Source of the DNA: Eledone cirrhosa
Taxonomy: Eukaryota
Direction of reading: 5' to 3'
NCBI GenBank assembly: GCA_964016885.1
Contig: OZ024740.1
Coordinates: forward strand, 326,988,001-327,052,000
DNA: 64,000 nt
The translations under genes and the position numbers were made by a program. The notes under the pieces are model-generated. The model worked only from the letters and a program-made list of their open reading frames with translations. It was not told the origin of the DNA and ran no database searches. This document shows, in pieces, positions 1 to 13,323 of this stretch (its first letter is position 1; each line of letters begins with the position of its first letter).

Positions 1-37
1 AATTTTAATCATTAGACTTTTATTTAACTTTATTTTA
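1..37 (+). mobile_element. 3' end of hammerhead-bearing PLE-type terminal repeat (family of 22187-22919 and 32927-33238)
   Basis: aattttaatcattagacttttatttaactttatttta nearly matches 22883-22919; followed by (TA)n. Confidence 0.75.
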
Positions 38-56
38 TATATATATATATATATAT

Positions 57-135
57 TTATTTTATTAAGACTAAATAGTGAAGATTCTTACACTGGAGTT
101 TCGCCTGCTTCTCACAAGGTCATCAGACAAGAACG
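57..135 (-). ncRNA. Degenerate type I hammerhead in PLE-type terminal repeat fragment (family of 27241-27370)
   Basis: Minus strand cttgt CTGATGA ccttgtgagaagcaggc GAAA ctccagtg TA agaat, then aataaa; stems I and III imperfect. Confidence 0.55.
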
Positions 136-159
136 GATGTATCTCCCCCCCTCTCTCTC

Positions 160-258
<99 letters not shown>

Positions 259-1779
259 GTGTCTATGCACATTTTTCAGAAGCTCAAGCAGATTCATTTT
301 CACCTGTTTTCCAAGTTATCAGGATCTTGATAATTTTGGCCACTGACCCCAGAGAAACTCTTTTGCCAAGCATCGAGTGTCTGTTGCCGTTGATCAATGG
401 GTGACTCTTTCGCCAAGTTTTCTCATTCGTTATGCTGCTTCATGTGGCTTCACATGTGAGCCTGTGCTGCGAGGCAGTTGGGTGTAATGTCTCACTAAAG
501 GAAAGTCAGTATTTTGTTCCAGGACGGTTCATTTCCACATTCGCTACTAATCCCTACATTCAGAGGCGGTTAATCCACTATCCGCCACTTAGGGAACCCA
601 CCGTATAGGAGCTATCCTTCTTGATTCTACCGCTTTGCATGTAAAAGACCACAGGTGATGATGATGATGATATATCATATATACATTTATGTAAGGAAAC
701 GGAATTCAGATGTCATGACGTTCAATATATTAACAGCGTAAATGAAGTGAAATATTTTCAATGAAAAATTGAAATCAGAATACAGATTCAGGTAATCGGG
801 AGCTTATGCTTTACTGTACAGTGGCTACCCATTACGCGAGACTGCATTAATATATTATATAACGTAACCATTGAATGGTGTTCTCTGATGTTCTGTCTGC
901 TACTTAAATGCATTAGTGAGTCACCAAAAAATTACTCCTTTATAGTAAACAGTTATGAATATATTTTGTTTCATTTTCTTCCTGTTTTATATCTATTTTG
1001 TTTCGGTTCTACATTACCATACTTAAATTTGTATTCAACCCACTTCAACAAAAACAGCATTACATCAAATAAAGAATTTTCCAATTAAATATTGTCCCTC
1101 TGTAAAGAGAAACCTTATTTCCCTTATCATTTTGATAATATATTTTACCATTATGGCTTTCTCTGAACATTATGCAATCTTTTCATAACCTGAATTGTAA
1201 TATAAATCCAACCAATTTCGATATAAAATTCGCGATCAACAAGAAATTATATTTTCAGTTTTCTCATTACAGTTAGTTGTCTAACCTAGGCAATCATCAA
1301 TGACAAAAATAAGATAAAATAAAAAGAAGAAAATAATTCCAATATAATTAGCATTGATATCCTATTTATAATACAGCTGGCTTTCTCCAATGTAGATTTT
1401 AATTCTCTGAAGAATAAAAAGCTACAAATTTCTTATGCATTTTTCATTTAGTTCATCTGATGTTTAATCAAAATGTCAATTATTCATACGCCAGACAAAA
1501 TATTCGTTCCTGTTAGCATTTCATTTTTGATTTTTTTTTTGTTTTATATAGTCGGAAAAGCAAAAACCTGGAATGGATAGCAGCATTAAGAATATATCAA
1601 TTTTAACACTTTAAAGGCAAGCTATAAATGATAAAAAGAGTTGCCATCCACCCCAGGCACATGCAAATATTTATCACGTAAAGTTGCCATTACACCCGTT
1701 GTTTTAAAAAAAGGAAGATTAGAGTCGATGCATTATGCTTTGAAATACAACAATATGTATACATGATCCATTAAAATAT

Positions 1780-2800
1780 TTAAGCAATCCTTATTAACCA
1801 ACATTCGTTTACCTCTTAAGATTTCCATATATAGGCTTCTATGGAGGATTAAGATTTAAAAGGTTCATCTCAAAAGTGTTCTGACTTTCAACATTTTATA
1901 TCTATAGGGACAGTAACTATACCCATGCCTATATGAGCATTTGTTTGTGTTTTTTGAAGTGCTATATGAGACATTTCTAATTCCTACACTTATATGTAAG
2001 GATGGTCTGAATTAATGCGAGAATTGAATTGTAAATTTGAGGATGAAATTATTTCAGTAAACTTTAATTCTATTTTACCGTTCTTCCGTATCCATCACAA
2101 TGAATATATGATCACATGTTTCGTATATATGGTATGTTAATGTTTTGGAATGACATTGTTTTCAATGCAAGCTACGTAGAATACCACATATGTGGCCACT
2201 CTATTCCTCTACGGCTATAGTTTGCCTTCTGAGCAATGGAAAAGAACTACGGTTGCGCAGGCAAGCATATACTGTTTAAAGAGCTTTCTAGGCATATTTT
2301 GGGCTTATTGTGTACAGCGAGTATGCACCTTGCATAATATTATGTCTCTAGTTTCCAATGTAGGAAGATTGGTAAAGAGGCTTTCTACATCCTCAGTAGA
2401 AATGTGGTCACCTTTGTCGGTTTCTCGTAAAATACGTTATATTTGGTATATTGTTTTATGATTCCATCTAGTTGTTTAGTGATTCTGTGAGTTGGCCTGT
2501 TTATTTGGCAGATTGCAGGCCAGACACGTTTATTGTATTTGTGAATCATAATGGTGCTATAGCTCATATCTAGTGGAAAAGAATAGATCTTATTTTTGCA
2601 TTGGAAGCAACAATTAATCAGTGTCAGATATAGCTGTGCAGTGTTGTATTGCTTCTTTTGACAAATATGTTGTCATATATATATATTTGATGTTTGTAAT
2701 GTATTCGTCGATGATCATGATTCAAAAATCTGATTAATCTTATCACTTTTACAAATTACATTTCTATCGCTGTTTTTCGATCCTACAAAGTTAGTTCAAG
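1780..2800 (-). pseudogene. Decayed Penelope-like reverse transcriptase
   Basis: Minus-strand translation across stops and frameshifts gives ICQINRPTHRITKQLDGII, EDVESLFTNLPTLETRDII, FYVACIEN and a degenerate YVDD region, resembling PLE RT motifs. Confidence 0.65.
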
Positions 2801-4192
2801 ATTATTATTAAATGTCGTTTTGTTCTTGTTTCTATATTTATGTTTACTTTCTTCACAAGTCTCACAGCTTGACGTCAATTTTTATTATACTTTTATCACT
2901 TAGAATAACAAGAGACAGATTAAGTATTTGAGTTCAACCATCTGCCTGCTTCTGATCGTATTTTCATTTCAGTTGAAAGTTTGTGTCAAAAATTCTTGAT
3001 TATCATTTGATCTGAGCTAAGTGTGAGTAGTAAGAGGTTGAACAATGTGTCTTCTAGTGAAGGCAATAATATTTTGCCGTTATAAAGATTACTAGACTTG
3101 TATGCTAGCGATTTCATTACAATAAAAATAAACAGAGTCGGGTTGAATTTGATGATTAGGAAGAAATATTAGTGATTAGCTGACAACCATTTAAGCAAGG
3201 AATGTAACTTTGAATGCTTATAGTTTCTTAGTCGCCGGCAGTAGAAGTGTAATCTTCGTTATTGCTAGCTGGTCTTTAGTAAATAGATAGTTATATAAAA
3301 TTATTTGTAAAAAACAAAACCGAATAAATAGATAAATAGATAAAACGAAACTAACAAACAAGAAAAAACATCAGGTAGCTATGAGAAATGAGTTTCATTG
3401 ATGATTAAATTATAAATAGCGACTGACTGTATATTTATGTAATGCAATGTTGCGTTTAATTATTTTCAGTATCAGAAGTAAGCATAGAACTGTAAAATAC
3501 AGTGATAGAGAAAACTATTAGGTTTAGTTTACGTTATTTCATTTTCCAAACAGAATAGAATTATCTAATTGTATTTCGGTTTTGCTAGTATCATTGATTT
3601 AAGTGTTTTCGTAACAGATAACGTGTTAGAACAGTTGACTGATCTACATCTACTTCCTAGCTGTTGTCTCTTTCGTCACGCGCAACAACAACTCGCAGGT
3701 AATCGTGATCGGAATGTCATACGCATTTAGCTTCCACGCTGCTTTGGCTAATAAAAAATAATCCAAGGTTTAATCGTGACGAATTTCATTGTTCTTTTGT
3801 AGTAACCTTATCACACAACAGCGATGGCGACGATAATAACAACAAATACACCAATATCAACATCACTAGTACCGCCAACGCCAACAACATCAGCAATGAA
3901 AATAATTATAATAAACAACGACAGAAAAGTGTGTTGTGAAACAAAATTCGTTTCCTTACATCAGTGATATTTCCAAGGCCAAACTGAAGAGGTAAACACC
4001 AGTTCTCAGTGCCATAAAAATATTCCATATCAACGTTGAATGAATAAAACACAAAACAAGCAATTACGCCTTTCGTTCCTTTTGTTTTTATATAGTTCAT
4101 TTTAGAATTTTTCTAGAACAGTCTGAATATATATACAGAAAGATTCCTGCTGTATCATTGAACTGTTCCAGAAACTTCACGACCAAACACAT

Positions 4193-4690
4193 TCTTCTTC
4201 TTCTTCTTCTTCTTCTTCTTCTTCTTCTTCTTCTTCTTCTTCTTCTTCTTCTTCTTCTTCTTCTTCTTCTTCTTCTTCTTCTTCTTCTTGAGAGGGTCGT
4301 GGGGGAAGAGTCCTCAAACACTCCTTCTAGCAGGGCCTGTCAGAAGCAACCGTCTCCAACTGATCCGTCTGGTTCCCTAAGCGAGACATGCCAAGCCCAT
4401 GGATGTTATCCAGCCATCTTGCTCCTGCTCAGGGTCTACCCCTGTTGGTTTGGTTTTGTCCGTGAAATCTGTCTAGCGATTCTTTCCTGAGACATTCTAA
4501 CCATATACCCATAGTAGCGGAGCTATGATTTCTCAATTCGGAGAAGTAACTCTACCTGGAGTGGTTCTCTGATCTCCGAGTTATGCATTCAATCGAGCAA
4601 CATTACTCCAAAGAGTCCGCAGATGAACACCATTTCTATTGCTTGTATTTGCAATCGTATTCTTTCAGTCATTAACTAAACACCATTGTT
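4193..4690 (-). mobile_element. RTE-clade LINE 3' fragment with (AAG)n tail
   Basis: Minus strand reads IQAIEMVFI..MHNSEIREPLQVELLLRIEKS*LRYYGYMVRMSQERIARQI; ends cccccacgaccctctc followed by (aag)n at 4193-4289. Confidence 0.75.
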
Positions 4691-4826
4691 ATTGTAAATT
4701 GTCTTCAGCTAACATACACAATTTACTCATACTTAGTTATTGAGTCCTTTCTATTGTGTCCGTAAAGTTAATTTGCAAGACGAAATATTTGCTGATACAA
4801 TCCTGTGAGCATCTCTCACACATACA

Positions 4827-4928
<102 letters not shown>

Positions 4929-5049
4929 GAGAGAGAGAAAGAGAGAGAAAAAGAAAGAAAGAGATAGAAAAAGGAGGAGAGAGAGAGAGGAGAGAATGCT
5001 GTAGTTTGCTGGAAACATTGTGGAATATCAGATACAAATACGACTAGGA

Positions 5050-5575
5050 AATATGTTAGCTTATTTGGAAGCTCGACAACATATTTTGCTGCATATAGTT
5101 ATGACCCTTTACGTTCTGAGTTCAAATCCCCCTAAGGTTAGCTTTCCCTTTTATCCTTACGCGGTCGATAACATACAGTATTGGGGTCGAAATAATCAAA
5201 TTTCCTCTCCCCCCCAAAAGTTGTTAGCTTTGTGTCTAAATCAGAAACCATTATATGTCTGCTCGACGTCCCTTTATGATCTGGGTTCAAATCCCGCTGA
5301 GGTTAGCTTTGCCTTTCATCCTTTCGGGGTCGATAAAATAAAGCACCAGTAATGCACCGGGGTCGATTTAATCGACTTTCCCATCCCCCAAAATTACTGG
5401 CCTTGTGCCTATAGTAGAAATCATTATATGTCTGATCGTTCAAATCCTGCTGAAGTCAATTTTGCCTGACATCCTTCTAGAGTTAATGAAATATAGTACC
5501 AGTCACTTACTGGGGCCAATGTAATTGACTTCCCCTCTCCCTGGGTTGCTCGCATTATGCCTAAATTAGAAACGA
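5050..5575 (+). mobile_element. Cluster of three decayed copies of the dominant tRNA-derived SINE
   Basis: Repeated B-box gttcaaatcc plus tttgcctttcatcctt..ggggtcgataaaataaag..ccag and ggccttgtgcc..agtagaaa at about 5050-5250, 5270-5425 and 5437-5575. Confidence 0.8.
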
Positions 5576-5787
5576 ATATATTTATGCTCAATCAAGGTTT
5601 ATCGGGAACTAAACATCGACAACAAGCTTCACTTGGGTTCATCTTTTAATTGGAAGAGCCTTTTGTTATGATCACGAAGCGTCCATTATTTCATACCTTC
5701 ATTCCAGAGTTTTAGTTAATATCACAGCATTGTGAATACGATCGACCACAATTGTTTGTTTGTTTGTTACTTTCTTTCTTTCTTTCA

Positions 5788-5954
<167 letters not shown>

Positions 5955-6139
5955 GATACATCTACCAAAATATACGGTAGTGTCCAATCCATATGAAGAA
6001 CTCAATGTAATCCGAATATCATGAAAAGAGAAGATGCATTCAAACATTTTCGATGAAATTCATAGGAAAACGGAGTCAAGATAAATTAATAAAACAATGA
6101 AATAAAAACAAAGAACAAGTTCCTTATATTAAAAGATTC

Positions 6140-6269
6140 ATCATTTTACGATCGTTTCTAGGATGTATATGTGTGTTGGTATGTATATCATAGATCTATG
6201 TAAAAATATTACAAATTATCAGAGGAAATATACATACCTTCACATAGACATGCTGTCTTCAGAAATGAT
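6140..6269 (-). ncRNA. Type I hammerhead, mirror copy of 6270-6403
   Basis: tcttcag at 6256-62, tttc at 6155-58, atcattt-ta-cgatcg at 6140-54. Confidence 0.72.
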
Positions 6270-6403
6270 CATCATTTCTGAAGACAGCATATATATGGGA
6301 AGGTATGTATATTTCCTCTGATAATTTGTAATATTTTTACATAGATCTATATGATATACATACCAACACACATATACATCCTAGAAACGATCGTAAAATG
6401 ATG
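6270..6403 (+). ncRNA. Type I hammerhead ribozyme with 99-nt stem II extension
   Basis: catcattt CTGAAGA(6278-84) [6285-6383] GAAA(6384-87) cgatcg TA aaatgatg; stem I 8-9 bp; palindromic stem III ACGATCGT. Confidence 0.75.
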
Positions 6404-6480
6404 AATCTTTTAATATAAGGAACTTGTTCTTTGTTTTTATTTCATTGTTTTTATTAATTTATATATATATATATATATAT

Positions 6481-6541
6481 AGTGCTTCCAATCTACTGTA
6501 AAACTCATTCTTTGATGTACTCATTGAATCTTGTTTACCTC

Positions 6542-6546
<5 letters not shown>
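6481..6546 (+). repeat. Solo 3' tail of the hammerhead element family at 52498-52705
   Basis: gtgcttccaatctactgtaaaactcattctttgatg.. matches 52641-52705; flanked by (TA)n on both sides. Confidence 0.7.
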
Positions 6547-6601
<55 letters not shown>

Positions 6602-6647
6602 AGGAAAAGCGAAGTAGTTTCAGATGTTTAAGTCCTTTAATAATAAT

Positions 6648-6721
6648 ACTGTGATATCTATTTCAATGACGACACTGGCCACACTGTTCTGCGTGCGAGT
6701 GTCGTGTCATCATCAGACAGC
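6648..6721 (-). ncRNA. Type I hammerhead ribozyme
   Basis: gctgt CTGATGA tgacacgacact..agtgtcgtcatt GAAA tagata TC acagt. Confidence 0.75.
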
Positions 6722-7958
6722 TTGTTACATAATAAGGTTATGTTTCCGAGGCAATCCAAATTGAATCGACATGGGAACGGATGAAGTTCGTGCTTTTGGG
6801 TTTTTTATCCGTTCCCTTGTGAGTACCAATTCATCCCCACCGGTCTGCGCAAGCGCATGTCCGAAGGAAGTTGACCATTAGCCACCGCAGATTTCACCGA
6901 AATTCGCTGCCAGTTCACCCTCTCAACCAAAACAATGGCCCACCTGTGCCCTACCAAAGTTTACTGCTACCCATCACGACTGTGGCAGTCAGCCGAAAGC
7001 CAGAGGGGGTGGGAGGGTGTTAGTTTTTATAGGTCATAATACTACCTTTCACTAAGCGTTGACAGCAAGACTGACCATCAACTCATAAGGGAAAATAAAC
7101 TTAATTCTAGGTACCATGGTTTTACATTGGAAGTTAAGAGTGAGAGTTGGAAATAAAAATTAAAAATTAAAATCCTAAATCAAATATCAGAGATTATAAA
7201 TTAAACAATTAAAAAATTAAAAAATTAAAAAATTCGAAATTCAAAAATGTTTCAAGTGATAATTCGGATTGAGTAAAAATATAGATTGAAGTGAGTAAAT
7301 AATATGGAGAGAGATGTTTAAGTAATAAGTTCTGAGAGGGATTCTAGTGTCACAGTTACTCTATCCACATATTGAACGACAGTGCCGTACATTATAACGG
7401 AGGGCAAACTACAGGGTTCAAGGCATTACTCAATCTGGTACAGTCATAATTTCCATCACATGGTACAAGATCAAAGAAAAACAGACATAAAGTACACAAA
7501 AGAAAAGAAAAGAACAGAACCAATAGTGAATAAATGCAAAAACACAGAGTACATATATGCAAAATGATCCATATGATTGTCCATCTGTCCATGTATAGAT
7601 TGAATTGAGGGGGCTTCTGTTCAAATGCGATTTGGTGCAGGAAAATAGGGGTTTATCTTATTTTTTGTTTCCGCGTATTTATCCTGCCGAAAGTTACTAT
7701 TATGCCCGTCCAGTGTCAGGGGTTTTCATCCCCATGGTAGAGGGAATTTCCGGGGTAGCTCTTGGTTGGTTCCTCTCTTCTCCACCATATCGGTTACATC
7801 ATAGAGCGCTCAACTAATTGGAGCTAAATTATTAGGGTAAACATTGATGCAATTCAATTCAAGCACTCAACGTACTTTTTCCACATAGGAGTGACGGAGT
7901 AAATATCGAATAAGGAAAAGCGAAGTAGTTTCAGATGTTCAAGTCCTTTAATAATAAT

Positions 7959-8032
7959 GCTGTGATATATATTTCAATGACGACACTGGCCACACTGTTC
8001 TGTGTGCGAGTATCGTGTCATCATCAGACAGC
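7959..8032 (-). ncRNA. Type I hammerhead ribozyme
   Basis: gctgt CTGATGA tgacacgatact..agtgtcgtcatt GAAA tatata TC acagc; perfect 5-bp stem I, palindromic stem III. Confidence 0.82.
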
Positions 8033-8165
8033 TTGTTACATAATAAGGTTATGTTTCCGAGGCAATCCAAATTGAATCGACATGGGAACGGATTAAGTTC
8101 GTGCTTTTGGGTTTTTCATCCGTTCCCTTGTGAGTACCAATTCACCCTGTATATATATATATATA

Positions 8166-8362
8166 CAGGGTGGGCCAGAATTCAAAACTCGCTTGTTAGT
8201 TATATTTCTTAACATGCTTATTTTATTGTATTGTTTTAATTTATTATTTTACTCTTAATATGCTTAGCAGGTTTCTTAATTTATGTTTCTATTTCTTAAT
8301 ATGCCTCACAGGTTTTTTACTTATTTTTTCTAAATTTGATTTTCTAAATCTGGCCCACCCTG
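8166..8362. mobile_element. Tc1/mariner-type MITE
   Basis: TIRs cagggtgggccaga / tctggcccaccctg with TA on both sides. Confidence 0.8.
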
Positions 8363-8574
8363 TATATATATATCTTTTTTTTTTGTACAAGCTAGTTTCA
8401 GTAAAGTCAGTGTTTGTAAAATCTTTTCAGTCTCATTAAAGGCAACATAGTGAATATTTGCATTGATGATACATCGTAGCTATGTTGTAAAAAGAATAAT
8501 ATATAAACTTGTATATTGATTGACATTAACTTATCCTTCCTTTGTGAACTACTAAGATCACTAGATATATAGCC

Positions 8575-8664
<90 letters not shown>

Positions 8665-8671
8665 ATATATA

Positions 8672-8775
8672 TAATTGTTTCTACTTTTGGCACAAGGCCA
8701 GCAATTACCCAGTACATTACTGGTATTTTATTTTATCGACCCCGTAAGGATGAAAGGCAAAGTTAACCTCGGCGG
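8672..8775 (-). mobile_element. tRNA-derived SINE, 3' part
   Basis: Reverse complement of the SINE body at 38513-38702. Confidence 0.85.
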
Positions 8776-9867
8776 GAAGAACAAAAACAAAAGAAAACAA
8801 ACATTCATTTTACCTTCCATCCTTCCGGAAAAATATCAGTAGTGAGGTGAATATCATCCACTCTTCGGTCCCAGAAATTTTTGATACATTACCTAGATTC
8901 GAAATCAATTTTAGTCAATCACAAAGGCTCACGGAAGCCAGGAATCCTATGTACTGGTTTTACGATTACTTTTGTACCGACACTACAAAAATTAGCATTG
9001 CAGCAACCATATTTATTCTTCTTACTTTCTAAATTTTAAAATTAATGGTATTTATTTTTGCATGGAAAAACCTGCAGTAATTTTCTTTTATTTTTGTTTT
9101 AGAAACCTGCTGTCTTAAAGTCCATTACATTAATGAAGAACTTTCTCCTTAGTCAAGTTTCGTGATTTCGCTCCAAGAATGCATACACTGATTATTTACT
9201 CAGATTCTTCATTGCCTATTCATACATCATGCACAGTTTGTCTTTCTCTTCTTTTGCAATAAATTCTAGTTTAACTTCCTTTATTGTCTTCATTTGCCGT
9301 GTTGTTCCTACTCGACTTTTTTAATTACACCGCTAGACCATAGCATTGACTAGATATTTGTCTTATACTCACAATTCAGCTAGTTACTATATACTTCTGT
9401 GTGGGAGTGCGTATGTCCCTTGTGTATCTATGTGTATCTATGTGTATTTTCTTCTAATTTCTTTTTAACAAGATTTATACGAGGAAAGCAATAAACAAAT
9501 AAATAAATAAATATATAAATAAAAAGAAAGTGAGGACAAAAGGAGAGATAGGAGAGATAGGAATACAGAAAAAGATGATAAATGAATAAAAAAAGGAAAA
9601 TAAAAAAAAATATTTTCAGATATCTTGCTTAAGAAACATAGGTATTTTTTTTATGTAACTGTAGTTATGGCGCCTGATTGCTACATAGTATCGACAAGTT
9701 GCCACTGAAAATTAGACCTAAATTTGATTGTCGTTGTTGTTGTTTATCCCCAATCAGCTCGGATCATGAACGATAATTAAGGATGTTCAGGTAGTGACTA
9801 TTCCATTTTATATTGAGACAACCCATTTAAGTCTACTAAGTGTGAAATGTGGCTTGATTTTTTAAAG

Positions 9868-9919
<52 letters not shown>

Positions 9920-10712
9920 TCCTTGCATCGGACACAATGTCATTTAAAGCTAATAAACTTGGTGTCATTGACTCTTACAGAAATTTTGTGGCTGTTGAGG
10001 TTCAAACCCTGATCCACCCTTAAGCGCCAGAAGCACCAAGAAGATTCGTTCAAGATCTTCAGTTATCATGAATCTTTTACTCGAAGAAGCCCGAGAGACA
10101 ACACCAGTCGATTAAACTGATCTCAGTAAACAGCTACATTAATTCTATCAACCTTGACTTTAGAGCATAAAAGTTCGAAGCGAAATATTTCAAGGAATTT
10201 TATTCGACACCTTGAACGATCCTATCTATCAAAAGCAGCAGAGTGTCATTCAAGGGATTTCTTATGTTATTTCTAGCAGGCCGTGTGACTCCATAGAAAC
10301 TCTTCTGTTGGTCCATTTGCATACCTTGTTACTATTCCTGATAAGTATTTCACTTCCCTCACACCCATAATGTAGTCAAAGGAATCATAAAAGACAGAAC
10401 TACTACTTCCCGAGGTTAATGTTATTACTCATTGATTGACCATCGTTCTAACCAGTTTTGATGTTTCAGATAGAGACCCTCTTCTCTAATGAAAGGTCCT
10501 GACTGAAAATAATAATTTTCCCCTTCACCTCGTAGCACAATAATATAAGCATATTTAGTTTTTATTTCGAAACTGCTTTTTTTTCTCCGATCCATCCATC
10601 ACTGTCTATCAATTCTGGTAGATGTATTTCTGTAAATTCTCACCTAGGCCCAGTTTTACATACTTATCCTGGGCCCGAGTATTAAAAATTTGCTTGCCTG
10701 TGTCTTTTCGAA

Positions 10713-10751
<39 letters not shown>

Positions 10752-11916
10752 CATAAGTAAATAATTAAATAAGTAAGTAACGCTTAAGAAATGGATAAGT
10801 TAAATAACTTAGTTTCAATATGGCGTCGAAGCCGTTTCACGGAGTTAGTTGATTACGATGCTGCTCTAAAACATTCATTACTGATATAGCGATAAGACAA
10901 GAACATGAAAAAAAAACAAAAAAAAAAAACACACACACCAAAAAAAAAAAATCTTTAAACAAGTAGAGTCAAGACATATTAATCACATTACTCTCTTGTG
11001 TGTATATTAATAACTTCATTTAAAAGAATTATTCGTGTTTTCTAGATTTCAATATGTCTAAACCTGTGAAATATTTCTAAAAGAAAGCTTTCGTAAATTT
11101 TTCTTTTTTTTAATCAGACACAAAAGAAAAAATAGAAATTAAAACAAAATACTCATTTGTCACGAACTGGAAGAATAACAAAATAATATGCTAAAAATAA
11201 TTTCCACTAAGTGAGAATGCAGATTTTAATGAAAGTAGTCAAAACAACATAAAACACAAGTGATATAGTACAAAATATTTAAAGTCATGAAATTTTTCAT
11301 TATTATGTACAGTTTCTTCGGTTACTCCACCAAGTCTTCGTTTTCAAAATATTTCATGTGTTTATTTTATATTTACTTTACAAGAACAAATAAATAACTT
11401 GTGAAAACACACAGGAGGAAATTAGAAGAAAAATGGTGATATTCGTGTGTGTGTAGTGTATGGGATGTGTTTGTGTGTTTGTGTGTGTGTGGTGTGTATG
11501 TTTATGTCTGTGTGTATTTATTTATGTATGTGTATGTGTGTGTGTAGGCGCGCACACATTATATATATAAAAATATATACATGTGTGTAAGTGTTATATA
11601 TATTTATAGCATTAACATATTATAAATGTGTGTGTGTATATATATATATGTGTGTGTATGTTGATATATATATATATATATATATAAGACCTACCTATCT
11701 AACTATCTATCTATTTATCTATCTATTTATCTATCTATAATTCTATCTAATAACGTCTCAAATTAAATATTGGTCCAACGCACACGCTGACAGTGATGGA
11801 CAAAAACACTCAAAGTGTTCCACCTCCATTGATGCTATCATTTCTCTTTCACCTCCTTCTGTCTGTTTATCAGTCTGTCTGTCTGTTACTCTCTCTCTCA
11901 CTGTAACCCCTCTCTC

Positions 11917-11986
<70 letters not shown>

Positions 11987-12011
11987 TCATATATATATAT
12001 ATAGAGAGAGA

Positions 12012-12660
12012 GGGTACATTTTTGCGTATTTTCACCTTCAAATCCTATCTCATTGAGTGCATATTGAGAGCGACCGGGGACATAATGACTATAATTCATA
12101 TTTGCTTCGTTAACCTATATATCTATACTATTCTCCCAGTTAATAGGACAGCAATGGATTTAGATAGAAGATGAAACTTTTTTAAATTCCCTCTGTTTTA
12201 TTATTTTTTCTTCACTGGTTGAGATCTCCATGGCTATGAATTCAAATTTTGTTTTGAAATTCCCACCAACTAACGTTCCTTGCTGGCTGTCTGTGCTTTC
12301 AGTATAATAGTAATTCTTAACTTGGTGAATGCAGTAAACACCAGGGAGAAATCATGCATAAGAAAGACTATCCCCCCGATAAAGCGATACAGAATTGGTT
12401 TGTACACTTTATGTGCGGTAAAACCTCTGTGAAGAACAAGTGCAGATGCAAGTCTCAGATCAGTCTATACCTGCAGAAACCTAAGATCTTGGTCTAAATT
12501 GGTCTAAATTTATCATATTCCTCGTGCAGTCACCCCCATTATGAATAACCTATAGTGTAGACACTGGGTACAGTTTTCGGTGTTCCCATGTTCAAATCCT
12601 ATCTCACTGATTGCATAATAAGAGCAGTTGGGACATAATGATTCTAATGGCTTCGGTAAT
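12012..12660. repeat. Element with diverged ~95 bp direct repeats between microsatellites
   Basis: gggtaca..ttcaaatcctatctca.tga.tgcata.t.agagc...gggacataatga at 12012-12115 and 12567-12660. Confidence 0.55.
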
Positions 12661-12671
12661 TTCTCCCCCCC

Positions 12672-12717
<46 letters not shown>

Positions 12718-12783
12718 ATTTGGGAAAAGTATACAAGATAAGAGAGAATTTTTCATCTATTAACTTCGATATAATTATATATA

Positions 12784-12826
<43 letters not shown>

Positions 12827-12827
<1 letters not shown>

Positions 12828-12962
12828 GGAAAATGTATGAACCCCGACGGCAGAGCTCAAGCCGTTTCGACGGCTATTTCTGGACTAGTCCACTCTACTA
12901 CCCTAAGTATTGAGTACTCTGGTGCGTTATGGCCCATCTGGTTCCTTACCACAACTCCTTCG

Positions 12963-12965
<3 letters not shown>
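12827..12965. mobile_element. Short foldback/tail fragment (family of 52754-52947)
   Basis: 12827-12887 is co-linear with 52837-52893; 12890-12965 is the reverse complement of 52754-52829; (TA)n flanks. Confidence 0.75.
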
Positions 12966-13023
<58 letters not shown>

Positions 13024-13053
13024 CACGGGTGTGTATGATTCTGTATAGAAGAT

Positions 13054-13323
13054 TATATTAATAAGAGGAATTCCAACTTTGTCTGATTTACTCGTTTTAT
13101 TTACAATCCTTTAAAATTTATAATGGTATTTCAACTGTTGAAAATTGCAAACTTGACTGTCACCAGACATTACGAACCTGAAGATTGCGAAAGCATGAAA
13201 GTTCTTGTTCAATTAACACTTAACATTTAATATTCTATCATACTATTTCATTATAATACCATTATAAATTTTAAAGGATTGTAAATAAAACGAGTAAATC
13301 AGACAAAGTTGGAATTCCTCTTA

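Larger units (their letters stand above)
6081..6462. mobile_element. Foldback palindrome (~190 bp arms) carrying two back-to-back hammerheads
   Basis: Arms 6081-6269 and 6271-6462 are near-perfect reverse complements; centre agaaatgat-c-atcatttct; right end abuts (TA)n. Confidence 0.9.
6598..8147 (-). mobile_element. Non-coding element with ~239 bp hammerhead-containing direct repeats (retrozyme-like / non-autonomous PLE)
   Basis: Direct repeats 6598-6836 and 7909-8147 (period 1311), no long internal ORF, (TA)n on both flanks. Confidence 0.8.
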
